Notes: a model not told the origin generated them from the sequence alone. A stretch of 64,000 bases of DNA from the human T2T-CHM13v2.0 reference genome, Homo sapiens (GCF_009914755.1 NC_060930.1), one strand, 5' to 3'. Shown: positions 14,138-28,069, counted from the first letter of the stretch. Translations and numbers: made by a program.

Positions 14138-14911
14138 TTAAAAACAGAATAGTCTCTGACAGCAAGAAAATATATAACAAATTACAAAGTCTTATATGGA
14201 TCACATACATGTGACATATTAAAAATGAATAAAGAAAATGTGAAATGATAGAGGCTGTGATGAGATGAAAAAAATAAGATAGATGGCAAGAGTCAGAAGA
14301 ATAAAAATAAAAAAGTGGAAAAGAGACACCTGCGAGATTTTGAAAAAGATCTTCCACTGATGTCCAGGTTCTCCTTTCCTGATTTCCAAGACGTAAGAAA
14401 CAGAACTGAAGGACGGGCATCCCTGTGTGTATTTGTGAGCCCTCCTGTTTAGGAGCAGCCATCACTAAGCCAGAATCCTATTAAGTGCTGCACCATTGTA
14501 GCTTTCATCCCCTTTTGCAACTAGAGTGCTGCTTCTAACCTCCTTCTGTGTTTTTCTAGAACTAAGAGACAGGTAGAAGTCAGAGGGAGGAAACCTGCAC
14601 CAGAGCACCCTAGTATATTTTAGAGACTGTGTTAAACCAGAAATGGACCTGGAACAGTCTCCAGTCCAGGCATTACTGGCTAGAGAGAAATCATGGATTA
14701 AAACCCAGAAAGGCAATAAGAAATTTCTGTTTCAATTTGCAGTAGGAATATGCAAATTGAAAGACTAGAAACATACAAAGATGAAAACTTACAGTAGATA
14801 CAGATATCAAAAGATAAGGCAAAATAAGTCACCACTAGGCTCAGCTAACTTGAAAAACCGGGAATAAGAGGTTAACAAGAACCAGAGGTACAAAGCAAGA
14901 TTTCCCAGAGG

Positions 14912-15102
14912 TAGGTCTACCAGATCTAGCAAATAAGGACACCAAGTTACATTCAAATTTCAGATGAACCAAAAATAATTGCCTTAATAAATATAATAAA
15001 TATGGCCTGCGCAATACTTGGGGCGCACTTATACTACAATGATAACTGGTTTATCTGAAATTCATATTTAACCGAGCATCCTGTTTGTTACTGTCAACTC
15101 TA
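14912..15102. mobile_element. MER53-like palindromic hAT MITE
   Basis: Inverted arms aaatttcagatgaacc / ggtttatctgaaatt; degenerate tagggttgccag TIRs. Confidence 0.85.
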
Positions 15103-15516
15103 TCTAGATAGCTAGTTAATTCACTAGTCATTAAGTAGTTTATGGCAAAACCAGCTCAATATTAGTGAGATGTTACAAAAAGAAGTGAATGGCAAGGAAT
15201 TGCAGAAACAAAGGAGAAAAGTAAGATCAATTATAGTTGTAGATGCCAAGAACAGGAAGGGGTAGACATCAGCCTCAGAGTTGTGAATGCGAAGTCAAAA
15301 CCAGAACCCAGAAAAGCACACAGAGAGCAGGCAATGTGTATCAAGAAGTGGATGCTTCACCCTAAAGCTTGTCAGAGGATCTTCTTGTCATGGGTTTTCT
15401 TTGAGGTTCCAGGGCTTTCCACCCTGATTCTTAGCAATTTCACCTTCCTTCTCCTCCTAACAGAAAACAGACACCTTGAAATTTAGATAGAGTTACCCCA
15501 ACAAGTAAGCTTTTAT

Positions 15517-15658
15517 TTATTTATTTTTTTACATTTTTTAAATTATACTTTAAGTTCTAGGGTACATGTGCACAACGTGCAGGTTTGTTACATATATATA
15601 CATGTGCCATGTTGGTGTGCTGCACCCATTAACTCGTCATTTACACGAACAGAGAACA
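15517..15658 (-). mobile_element. Very short 5'-truncated L1PA (PA4/5-like)
   Basis: ttatactttaagttctagggtacatgtgc; perfect 18-bp TSD caacaagtaagcttttat at 15499-15516 and 15659-15676. Confidence 0.95.
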
Positions 15659-15821
15659 CAACAAGTAAGCTTTTATAAGACCTACTGGGCAGGTAGTCTT
15701 TCTTGATATGGATAGACTAGGCTGCCATCTATGCACGGAGTCAATAAATATATACCGAATGCTTACTATGTGTCAGGAAGTGTTCTGTGTGCCTTATATG
15801 TTCATCTAGTGTATTTTAGAA

Positions 15822-15967
15822 GTAGCTCTTACATCAAATTCACTAGGATTGAATGTTAAGAATGCAAATTCCTGGACTCCATGCCAGCTGTGAAAACCTC
15901 TAAGGGAATCTGGGAATCTTCACTTTCATAAATGCTTCAGAGGATTCCTAAATTTTTAGAATCACTG
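15822..15967. mobile_element. MER5A-like hAT MITE
   Basis: gttaagaatgcaaattcctggactcc...tttagaatcactg. Confidence 0.65.
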
Positions 15968-16094
15968 ATGTACCAACTGTTTAGTACAAGCAGGTATGTC
16001 AGTACCTTTGACTTATGAGAAATACGTAAGAGAAAAAACAAAATGCAGATAATGGTATCTGCGAAATTAAATGTGCATAGGCTGGTACCAGGTG

Positions 16095-16197
16095 ACAATA
16101 AAGGACTTGCCCAAGCCTTTTGGCTAGTAAATGTCTGAGATGGAACTCATGTACAAGATTCCCATTTCAAAGTATGGCTCTTACTTCCCTACATTCC
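16095..16197 (-). mobile_element. MIR fragment
   Basis: gacttgcccaag...gctagtaaatgtctgagatggaactc. Confidence 0.6.
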
Positions 16198-17075
16198 AGA
16201 CCCTATACCTCAAAATGAGTGTATCTGTCACACGTGTGCATTTGTGAGCGCACATCTGCTGTGTGTGTGTGCACGCGTGCACCACCTTGGCACCATGCCT
16301 TTCTAAGGACTTAGTGAAGACCACTGTGATGAGGCCACACTGTGACAGTGGGCTTCAACCCTGCCAGAAGAAAGGGACAGACACTCATCCTTATGGCTTA
16401 GGAAGGTCAATAGGCACTGATTCTTTATTCTCAGTCTTCTGTAAGTTTGATTCAATGCTGAAATGTACCTTTATTTCTAAGGCTCATGAGACTTAGCTGC
16501 CAAAAGAAGGTGCTCTTGATTCACAGAGAGAAACTGTGCTCTGAAGAGTGCATGTCACAATACTGTCCTGACACACCTGCCATAGCACACAGAAGTGAAT
16601 CACACTGCATTCAATAGCACCTGCATTGGGAGATGCTTAAAGCCCTTAGTTGGCGACCTGGCTCAACCCTGCCATATCTCTGTGAAATAAAAAGAAGGGA
16701 GATGGATTTATTCCCATTTTACAGGTAGAAAAAGTAAAGGAGAGAAACCAATGGTAATTTTTTTTCCAAGGCACTAGAGGTCAAAATTAGATAAAAACTG
16801 AGAACAAACATCCGCTCTTTTGCTTCCCCCAATAGGTTACATGGAATTATTTTCTCATTTCTATCTATCTCCTTCCTACATGGAATACATTGCAACCTCC
16901 TTCCTAACTGTCCCACTTCAGCTCCCAAATCGAGGATGGCAGAAGACAGAAGTTTGCAAAGAAAAGGTTCAGAAGGAAGTTAGAATAAAGAACATTCTAA
17001 TGGCGAGTCAGTGCTCTGTGACTTTCATGGGCCAAGGATAAACAGAACCTAGGATTCGACTAATCTCAATAGTAA

Positions 17076-17426
<351 letters not shown>

Positions 17427-17888
17427 TCATCTGATTCATTTTACAGAAGAGGAAACAGAGACTCAGAGGTAGGGGATGAGCTTGAGATACAGGAGATGAA
17501 AGCAGCAGGGCCTGGAGGACAAAGCCCCCTTCTTGGCCCCAGCTCCAGAGCTCCTACCGCTGGAATGAACTTTACCAGTGGGGTCTGGGGAGAGCTGTCA
17601 GGTTTGAAGGTCTTTCTCTCATTTCTCTCTCTGTTATATGGATATGATGCCTCTTTTATAAAAGAACATATGCCCCCACCCCAAAAACTTTTCGGGACCC
17701 AATGTGTGTTCCTTTTAAACTCCAAAATTCAAGTCCAAGAGCTACAAAAAAGTTAAAGTATAAGGGGTATAGCTGAACAGGAACATGAAACATAACATAT
17801 CAGATAAGCTTAGATTATTATAAACCTAGATTATTATAGTTTCTTCAGGTTTTTTATAAGTAGAGTTTTTTTTAACTCATAAGAAATA

Positions 17889-17891
<3 letters not shown>

Positions 17892-17930
<39 letters not shown>
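17892..17930. repeat. (TA)n microsatellite
   Basis: About 19 perfect TA units. Confidence 0.98.
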
Positions 17931-17935
<5 letters not shown>

Positions 17936-19804
17936 TCCCTTATAATAAACACAGAAGCACACTGTTCCCAGAATCTTTGGCTTGGCTGAAATATGATGAT
18001 ATTCTTAGTTCTTCATATGGGGGGTGGAAAAAGCCTCTGAGCGCTCCAGGCTTTTTATAGCTCTGGCTCATGGGCGGCTTTTGCTGCAGTAGCAGCCCTG
18101 GATAGCAAAGGAGCCAAATAATGCTAATGGGGCAAACAGAATGTAATTGCTTATGTGTGCTGGTTATATCCTGAAACAAATTGTTTCTTAATGCTGAGGT
18201 CAGACAGGGTTTAATTAGGAGAAATACAATTGGTGTAAAATTCTGCAGCAGGCTGCTTGTTTGGTGTCATGCCAAGTCAACATCTAGTCTCTCCAAATGG
18301 AAATTTTCATTAGAGGCCATTGGCAGCCCTAGTTAGGCTGAGTTTCAACTTTTCCAAGTCTCCTGGTAATGTAAACCTGAAACTCAGCATATCTCCTGCC
18401 TAATAAAGGGTTGTCCTCCTTGCATTTATAAGCACTTGAACATGTGCACGCTGTCTTTCTCTGTTACTCACATACCCTGCCGTCCCAGTCACCCCACTAG
18501 CAAAACACATTTCCCACGGGAACTGGGTGAACTCAAACAGTTTTCCTCTTTCCTTCACCATTTTCCCTCCTTCCCTGTTCCCACGTTAATAATAATCTTC
18601 AATCAACATATTATTACTTCAAAAATATTTTCCTACACATCAATTCATCTAATCTTACCGCTAAACCTGAAAGGTGAATGGTTTTATATTTGTAGGTAGG
18701 AGGCCCAGCACAGGTCATGTCTATGACTGGCTAAGAGTGAGTCTCAGACCTCTTGGTTTTGAGCCCTGGGCTTAGGCTAACCCACAGAACTCGGGGTTCA
18801 CACATGCTGAGACATCCACATTTGCTCATGGAAATGAACAGGCACAAAATGATCTCTGTTTATTCTTTTCTTTATGCTTCATTTTATGTGCTATCTATGA
18901 AGAAGTAAGAGTGCAAGGTGTTATTATTCAAACTGCACAAATTTCCCCAAGACTTTGCAAACACTCTTGATGAGATGTGACCCTTTCTTTTGTGTCTCTC
19001 TTTTGAGACATGTCTTTTCATACACTCCAAGATCTCAGTGGATGCCTGCAGCAGTAATACTGCTATTTACATTAATTTTAAGAGCCTAGATCTTCACACC
19101 TTCAAGGATAAGGTTTTATCAGTGTTTCTAATATAAATCTTATGTCTCAAAAGTTGTTTAATTTATTTGGAAAATTCTGCTTCTAGGCTTCTATTGTTTC
19201 TCTCTCTTTCTCTCTCTTTTCCTTTCAGCTGAAGGCAGTTTTCATTACAGTGACAAAGACCCCACTATGTTAAAGAAAATTGCACAGAGAGACCCCAAAA
19301 ATCCATCTACCCAACAGAAATCTAAGTCATTTTCCCCTGCAGTATCATATCAGCAGTAACCGTCATGGGTTTAAAGACATATGGGACCAAGTTTTCATTT
19401 TGATATGTGATTCTGCTTTGCCGAGGCCCAGGCTCCTTGTGAGCTGAGCCACATTTCATTTAGGTGCTGGGCCTCTGAGCCTATGATAATGTGCCCAGTT
19501 AGTGTCAAGGTAAAGGTCCGTACAGCACAAGCAATTACTAAGCGATCCCTCCTCCTCAGCCCTGCTGAGCCAGGAGGCCATGGGAGATGCCTTTGACAGG
19601 GGAGCCTTCTTAGCTGCCCAGGACTCTGTTCCAGGGTATGTTCCTTTTGAGACCGGGAGTTACTGGAATTCTTGTACCATGCAATGTCGAATGCAGATTT
19701 CTCACTCATCTCTATTCCCACAGGCTGACATCCCACTGAAGCTACCTTTGGCTTTAAACCACAGATGCCTCTCTTCTACAACAAGCTTATACCAGAGATT
19801 AAAA

Positions 19805-19866
19805 GCACATGTACCCTAAAACTTAAAGTATAATCATAAAATAAAATAAAATAAAAAGAAAAAAAA
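19805..19866 (+). mobile_element. Tiny L1PA 3' terminus plus A-rich tail
   Basis: gcacatgtaccctaaaacttaaagtataat followed by (taaaa)n. Confidence 0.85.
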
Positions 19867-19936
19867 CACTGTTAAGTTTGCTTTCTACACAATTTAAATT
19901 TTCAGTATTTAAAAATTTTCCTATGTTACTATTGTA

Positions 19937-21251
19937 TAGTTAAGTCTTCCATAACACTAGTTCTGAAATTGTGCATTTGTTCCAGTGCAATGGATACACC
20001 AGGGAACAATTCAAGCATAACGTGAATTTTGCATTTGCTGATGTTCAATTTTGTCCCTGAGAACAGCAAACTGCATGCAGCTGAACTGAACTGCATAGAA
20101 ATACACATGCCCACAACTCCACCATCTATCAGCCACTCTGGCTTACAGTGTGTGTGATTCCACAAGCCTATGTTTTTTATTTTATTCTACTTTAGGTTCC
20201 AGGATACATGTGCAGAACATGCAGGTTTGTTACATAGGTATACATGTGCCATGATTGCTTGCTGCACCTGTTAATTCATAATCTAGGTTTTAAGCCCTGC
20301 ATACATTAGGTATTTGTCCTAATGCTGTCCCCCTCACATCCCCAAACTTCCAACAGGCCCCGGTGTGTGCTGTTCCCTTCCCTGTGTCCATGCGTTCTCG
20401 CTGTTAGACTCCTGCTTACGTTCTGTAATTCTCTCATGTTTGTGAGCTTTTTCATGAAAACAAAACACAAAAGCAAAGCAGAACAAAAAATACACACTCA
20501 TTGAGCATCCTAAACACTCTGTGTGTCCTGGCTCAAAATGCCAAGCCGTGCCTGCAAAAAAGAAAGCACTATCTGTATTCGAAGATCTTTCATAGAAATT
20601 GCCAAGTCCAAAAGTGGCCCTTTTGATGTCAGTAGTGGCTGTTTAGTGGTTTCAAAAACATTGCTACGATTTCAAATCCATGAAGGAATTTCCAGCAGTG
20701 TTCCAGAAGTTAATTAAAGAAGAAGGCTATAAGCTGCATCACATTCCTAGTTTTGATGAAACAGATATCCCTTTAAATGCATACCTTGAAGGACTTTCAT
20801 CTCAATGGCAGAAAAATATGCCCCAGAATTTCAGCACGCAAAAGATGGCTCTACTCTGATGTTCAGTACCAAGACTGAACCAAGAACAATGAACCACACC
20901 CATCCACATCTGCTTCTACAACTTTCCACCTAATTTCAGAGAGCCCTCCTTCGACCACTTCACAATAACTCAACACAGTGCAGTTCTTCCAAAGCCTGAT
21001 TCCACAAGCTAACTTCCAGTTTTGTTTTGTTTTTTTCTGGGCAAAGGGCTGTATTTATTGTATTTATGTATTCCATAAGCATGAAACATGTATGAAACTG
21101 TACTTTTATTTTTGACGTATCACTGAAAAAGGTTTTGAGTATTATGCCCCAACCCTACTTTCTCCATAAGCCTTGTGGATTTTACTGTGCAATTTTTTAT
21201 GGCACAATGATTTTTTGGGGATACATATGTCTGTTATAGCAGAACTGACTA
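19937..21251 (+). mobile_element. TcMar-Tigger element with MER82-type ends and internal transposase remnant, interrupted by an L1
   Basis: Right TIR gttatagcagaactgact, degenerate left TIR; 20683-20870 reads KEFPAVFQKLIKEEGY..SFDET../..RTFISMAEKYAPEFQHAKD. Confidence 0.85.
20173..20399 (-). mobile_element. L1PA (PA8-like) 3' fragment
   Basis: gatacatgtgcagaacatgcaggtttgttacatagg...cctgtgtccatgcgttctc. Confidence 0.92.
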
Positions 21252-21309
21252 CACTTGATTCTTATCTCGGCGTTGCCGTGGTCTTCCAGTATTTCAAATA
21301 TGATGATGG

Positions 21310-22535
<1,226 letters not shown>

Positions 22536-22821
22536 ATAAGGGATTGGTCTCTTTGTGTGAGGTAAAACAGAGGAATAAGGAGGACCAATGACCAGAAGTT
22601 ACAAAGAGGCTCAATCTAAGAAATAATAATTCAATCATCCAGTGTGTTTCACAAGACTGGAAAAAACTAGAGAGCTTTCTAGTTCCCTGTTATTCAAAGC
22701 GTTTAAAGGGTGAGGGCACAGTTCCACCGCACCATGAATAGGTGGTGTGGACACTGGGTTGGTGCATCATATTGCACCCAAGCATAAACAAGGTCTTAGG
22801 TCTCTTTGTGCAATGAAAGTC

Positions 22822-22828
<7 letters not shown>

Positions 22829-22861
<33 letters not shown>

Positions 22862-24157
22862 CTTTAAGTTCTGTGTGTGATTCCACAAGCCTATGTTTTT
22901 TATTTTATTTTAAGTTCTGGGATAATGTGCAGAAGGTTCAGGTTTGTTACATAGGTATACATGTGCCATGGTGGTTTGCTGCACCTATCAACCCATCATC
23001 TAGGTTTTAAGCCCCACATTCATTAGGTATTTGTCCTAATGCTCTCCCTCCCCTTGCCCCCCACCCCCTGACAGGCCCCCGTATATAATGTTCCCTCCCT
23101 GTGTCCATGTCTTCTCATTATTCAACTCTCACTTATGAGTGAGAACATGCAGTGTTTGGTTTTCTGTTCCTGTGTTAGTCTGCTGAGAATGATGGTTTCC
23201 AGCTTCATCCATGTCCCTGCAAAGGACATGAACCCATTCTTTTTTATGGATGCATAGTATTCCATGGTGTATATGTGCCACATTTTCCTTATCCAGTCTA
23301 TCATTGATAGGCATTTGGGTTCGTTCCAAGTCTTTGCTATTGTAAATAGTGCTGCAGTAAACATACATGTGTATGTGTCTTTATAGTAGCATGATTTATA
23401 ATCCTTTGGGTATATACCCGGCAATGGGATTTCTGGGTCAAATGGTATTTCTGGTTCTAGATCCTTGAGGGATCGCCACACTGTCTTCCACAATGGTTGA
23501 ACTAATTTACACATGCACCAACAGTGTAAAAGCGTTCCTATTTCTCCACATCCTCGCCAGCATATGTGGTTTCCAGACCTTTTAATGATCACCATTTTAA
23601 CTGGAGTGAGATGTATCTCATTGTGGTTTTGATTTGCATTTCTCTAATGACCAGTGATGATAATAAGCTTTTTTTTCATGTTTGTTGGCCGCATAGATGT
23701 CTTCTTTTGAGAAGTATCTGTTCATATCCTTCATCCACTTTTTGATGGGGTCATTTCTTTTTTTTCTTGAAGTTTCTCATAGATTCTGGATATTAGACCT
23801 CTGTCAGATGGGTAGATTGCAAAAATTTTCTCCGATTCTGTAGGTTGCCTGTTCACTCTGATGATAGTTTCCTTTGCTGTGCAGAAGCTCTTTAGTTTAA
23901 TTAGATTGCACTTGTCAATTTTGGCTTTTGTTGCAATTGCTTTTGTTGTTTTAATCATGAAGTATTTGCCCATGCCTATGTCCTGAATGGTACTGCCTAG
24001 TTTTTCTTCTAGGATTTTTATGGTTTTAGGTCTTCTTTAATCCATCTTGAGTTAATTTTTGTATAAGGTGCAAGGAAGGGGTCCAGTTTCAGTTTCCTGC
24101 ATATGGCTAGCCAGTTTTCCCAGCACCATTTATTAAATAGGGGATCCTTTCCCCATG
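22829..24157 (-). mobile_element. 5'-truncated L1PA (PA8-like), 1.3 kb
   Basis: ORFs 23122-23595 and 23731-23973 are ORF2 C-terminal pieces; (TTA)n tail; TSD aa(t/c)g(a/g)aagtcttttatt at 22812-22828 and 24159-24175. Confidence 0.96.
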
Positions 24158-24842
24158 GAACGGAAGTCTTTTATTCCTGTTTGTGTTGAATTTCCCACTA
24201 TTTCCTTTCATTCCTTAGAAAAGGCTAATAGCTACTTTCTTATAACTATTTAGTAGTATAGGAAAGTGATTATGTTATAATAAAAAATATACTGTACCAC
24301 ATAGGAGTTACAAATAATACACTTATAGACTGCCTGTCCCATCTGCCTCCAAGGCCTATGGGAAGCATCAGATAGGATGCTTACGAAAGCACTTTGAAAA
24401 AGTAACTCTAGAAACACAGCATAGACATGGCAACAAAAAAATTATGTTCAATGTTCAATATATTTTTTGGACTATAAAACTTCTTTACAGTAATACCATA
24501 AAATGAGACTTCATCTACATTAAGGCATAATTATGAAATTTTTCATACCAAAACCGGGGTGGAAAAAGATGGTATTTACTGAAAGAGAATGCTCATTGTG
24601 TTCCCTGGGATGAGGAAAATTTTGGATGGTAATTTGTTGCTGTTACCATAAATAACATCTCAGTTGACTTAATGCCCTTCAATATAAGATTAATAATAAT
24701 ATAATATCAATATCAATCTGGATAAACTTTACCAAGATTTGCAAACTTACTTCTATCAGGGAAGGCGCTCAAAGAAAGGAACTAAAAATGGGTACTTGGG
24801 AGTACTGGGAATTTTCAACCTCACTTTGTAAATCTTCTAAGA

Positions 24843-25180
24843 CGGTACCGGTCCATGATCTCACCATCTGTTAGGAACTGGGCCGAACAGCAGGAGGTGA
24901 GCAGTGGGCCTGTGAGCATTAACACCTGAGCTCCGCCTCCTGTCGGATCAGTGGCAGCATTAGATTCTCCTAGGAGGGCGAACCCTGTTGTGAACTGTGC
25001 ATGCGAGGGATCCAGGTTGCGTGCTCCATATGAGAATCTAAGTAATGCCTGACGATCTGATGTGGAACAGTTTTATCCTGAAATTATTCCCCACTCCTAC
25101 CACCCCCACACACCCTCGTCCATGGAAAAATCGTCTTCCATGAAACCAGTACCTGGTGCCAAAAAGGCTGGGGGCCACCG
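24843..25180 (+). mobile_element. MER1B-like hAT-Charlie MITE lacking its left TIR
   Basis: ctgttaggaactgggc...cctggtgccaaaaaggctgggggccaccg; 8-bp TSD ttctaaga. Confidence 0.9.
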
Positions 25181-27107
25181 TTCTAAGATACAGAAAACTA
25201 ACTGTATGTCAGTGTGCGGGTTGTTCAATAACCAGCCTGTGCACAGAGCTGGCTGCTGTACTCTTTCCTGGGAAAGGAAATTCACTTCCCTTGTAAAGAT
25301 GACACTGAACTAATGAGTGAGGGTTGTTGTCATGGCATTGTTAGTTATCAGCCAGCATGGACAAGCCAGCTGCCTTTGGCATATTTAGCTGAACATGGAG
25401 AAAAGCAAGAAGGGCTTTTGCTCCTATGTGAAGCAGAAGATGGTGAGCTGCTGGATGCATTTGGAGCTAGGCCCTGAGAACAGCCTGGTAGTCCTCTGTG
25501 GACCAGGGTATAAGGAATGAATGTGCTTCCTTCTAAAGCCTTGCACAGAGTGATGGTTTTTCGGGACTGAGAAAATCACAAGGAAGCCTGGGTGAGCGAT
25601 GGAGCTCTGAGACTCCTCCTATTTGCATGCAGTTCAGGAAAGGAAGAAGCTGTTTAAAGGCAAAGATTTTAGCTGCACTGGGAGCTTTGGCCTTTTCAGT
25701 GGAGAGACCCAAGAGACTGCCTGTCAAAACAGAAGTCTCTTACTAAAACTCCCTAAGTGCGAAGGCCTGGGCAGTCAAGAGGGGCTGGGACGGGAGAAGG
25801 GGGGCCATGAAGGAAAGGCAAACCCACCACAGCCATGGAGTCCGGGTGACATGCAGACAGAGGGAAGGGGGAGCAGGACACAGGGGGAGGAACTTAAAAA
25901 AAAAACAAAAAGCAGACAACCGGCTGTGTGTTTCCAAGCAGATTTCCCCCTGGACAGCAAGCTGTAGCGATGCGTATTTTTTTAAATTCATTAATTCCAT
26001 TTTACAAATAAGAAAGTGAGTTTATTTGCATTTTCCCTAATTACATCTTCCCTGTTCCCTGTCCTTTCCGATTCTCTCCGTGGTGATTCCCACTGCGAGA
26101 TTGGCTTGGCAGGGCTGCGCTGAGCAACTGTAGGGTATTCTGCTGTTTCTTTGCTCTCTTTCCTTTTTAAAAATCGAGTCAAAGCCCCTTTCTTTCAGTA
26201 ATCCCCGATGTTCCCTCAGGAGCTGAGTTAAGATTTAATTGTGAAATTTGCCTAGTAACTCAGCAAATAAATTCTCCCATCTCTCATAGACCTTCCACTG
26301 CAGAGGGCCATTTTAGTTATAAATCACTTACTTCTCCGTTCCCAACTGCATCAGCATTTTGTGCCCCTGAGCAAAGTGGAAAGGGGAAAATATCCAAGGA
26401 CACACCGAATTGGCGTTTGGCTTTCGTGTCTCGTGAAGGGCAGGGTAGAGGTAGAGGCTGGATGAGGGAGTGACTGGCAAACACCGTCTTTCCACCTGCT
26501 GCTTCTTTAAGGAAAACCCATGTGGGAATGACCTGGGCCTCCGACCCACACCCAGGAAACCACACACTCCTGATCCCCTTTCAGCATGTGTCATGCTAGG
26601 AAATCCAAAGAAGGAAGCTGAAACTGCACCCAGGCGTGACGGTTCCCATTTTCTCCACCTAAGTAACACTCTGAAGTTGCCCACAGCCTAGGCAATCACA
26701 GTAAAACATGGTGGGAATGAATTTGGCAAGCAATAGTCTAAGGAGGGTTGTATTCCTATGGCAATATCAAGGCTGCAAAGGAGAATGTGTCCCCGGTCTA
26801 GTCCAAGTCCACCTGGAGGCTTGGGTTCCATCTGGGACTGAATCTAGAAAGATTTGTGAGTTTTTTTTCTTCCTTCTTTTCCCAGGCTGAAAATATTCTC
26901 AATTCTGGACTCTTCCAAAATATTGTAAATATGATTGTTTGGGCCAATTCAAATTAAAAATTTTACCAGAGCCCAGAAAACTTTTCCTATGATATCTTTG
27001 CATGTTTTATCTTAATGTCCAAACTAGAGCCCCCTTTCTATCATGAGTCAAACCTGAGTGTGGCTTAGATTACACAGGACAGTCACAGCACGTTGCATAG
27101 CTGAGAT

Positions 27108-27128
27108 GAAAGAAAGAAAGAAAGAAAA

Positions 27129-27180
<52 letters not shown>

Positions 27181-27277
27181 GAAAGAAAGAAAGAAAAGAA
27201 AGGAAAGGAAAGGAAGGAAGGAAGGAAGGAAGGAAGGAAGGAAGGAAGGAAGGAAGGAAGGAAGGAAGAAAGAAAGG
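27108..27277. repeat. Compound (GAAA)n(GGAA)n microsatellite
   Basis: About 170-nt pure purine tract; 14 consecutive GGAA at 27212-27267. Confidence 0.98.
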
Positions 27278-28069
27278 AGTATCAGAAAAACCAAGGAACA
27301 ATACAAGGAAGTCTTAAGAAAGGGGGAAGAAGTGTATTTGAGTAGTCATTCTGGATATCCAATATCTCTGCCTAGAAATAACAAAATGTGAGTGATACTG
27401 AGCATAGGCCACTCTTGGACCTGTGTAGCATCCCGTGGTCCCTTAAAACTTTCCAGTCTCCAAGAAGGAACCCTACCTGACGACAAATTGCTGATTTGGA
27501 TTATCAGAGGTTAAACTGCTAATGAACCAAAGTTTGATAATCTCATTTTAAAGAATGTTGCTACTCTTTAAGAAAAAAATTGACAAAGAACAAATAAGGA
27601 ATTTTATGCAGATAAATTGCATTCACCTAAAAATTTGAAGATTGCTGATCAAACGCAAGCCCTGTAGTCATATTTCTTTCAAACAACTGATTTCAGTTCT
27701 TTATTTATTCTGTAGCTGATCAAAACATGGTGCCCTAATTTTTAAGTTATGCTTGTCAGCCCCAGGAGATTAATGAAAATTTGAATTCCATAGATGAATC
27801 AGCAAGTCAGCATGTCTCGCAGATGCGTATCTCCCCACTGGCATACACCAAGTGGTCCTCCGATGTAAGACTTCCCTTTTTTCTCCTTTCCTACATCTCC
27901 AGTGTGAGTCAATGAAAGATTCTAGGATTGAATTGAAACTGCCTTTTTCTCCTGATTCTATAACTAAATCAATAATATTTCCAGGAAAATGTTATCACAA
28001 GAAATCATAATGAATATAATATAGCTAGCTAGAAAAACGATGCCTATTTGAAACCAACACCAGGCGTAT

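Noticed and set aside
17810-17838. Short direct repeat tagattattata
   Set aside because: AT-rich micro-duplication with no evident significance
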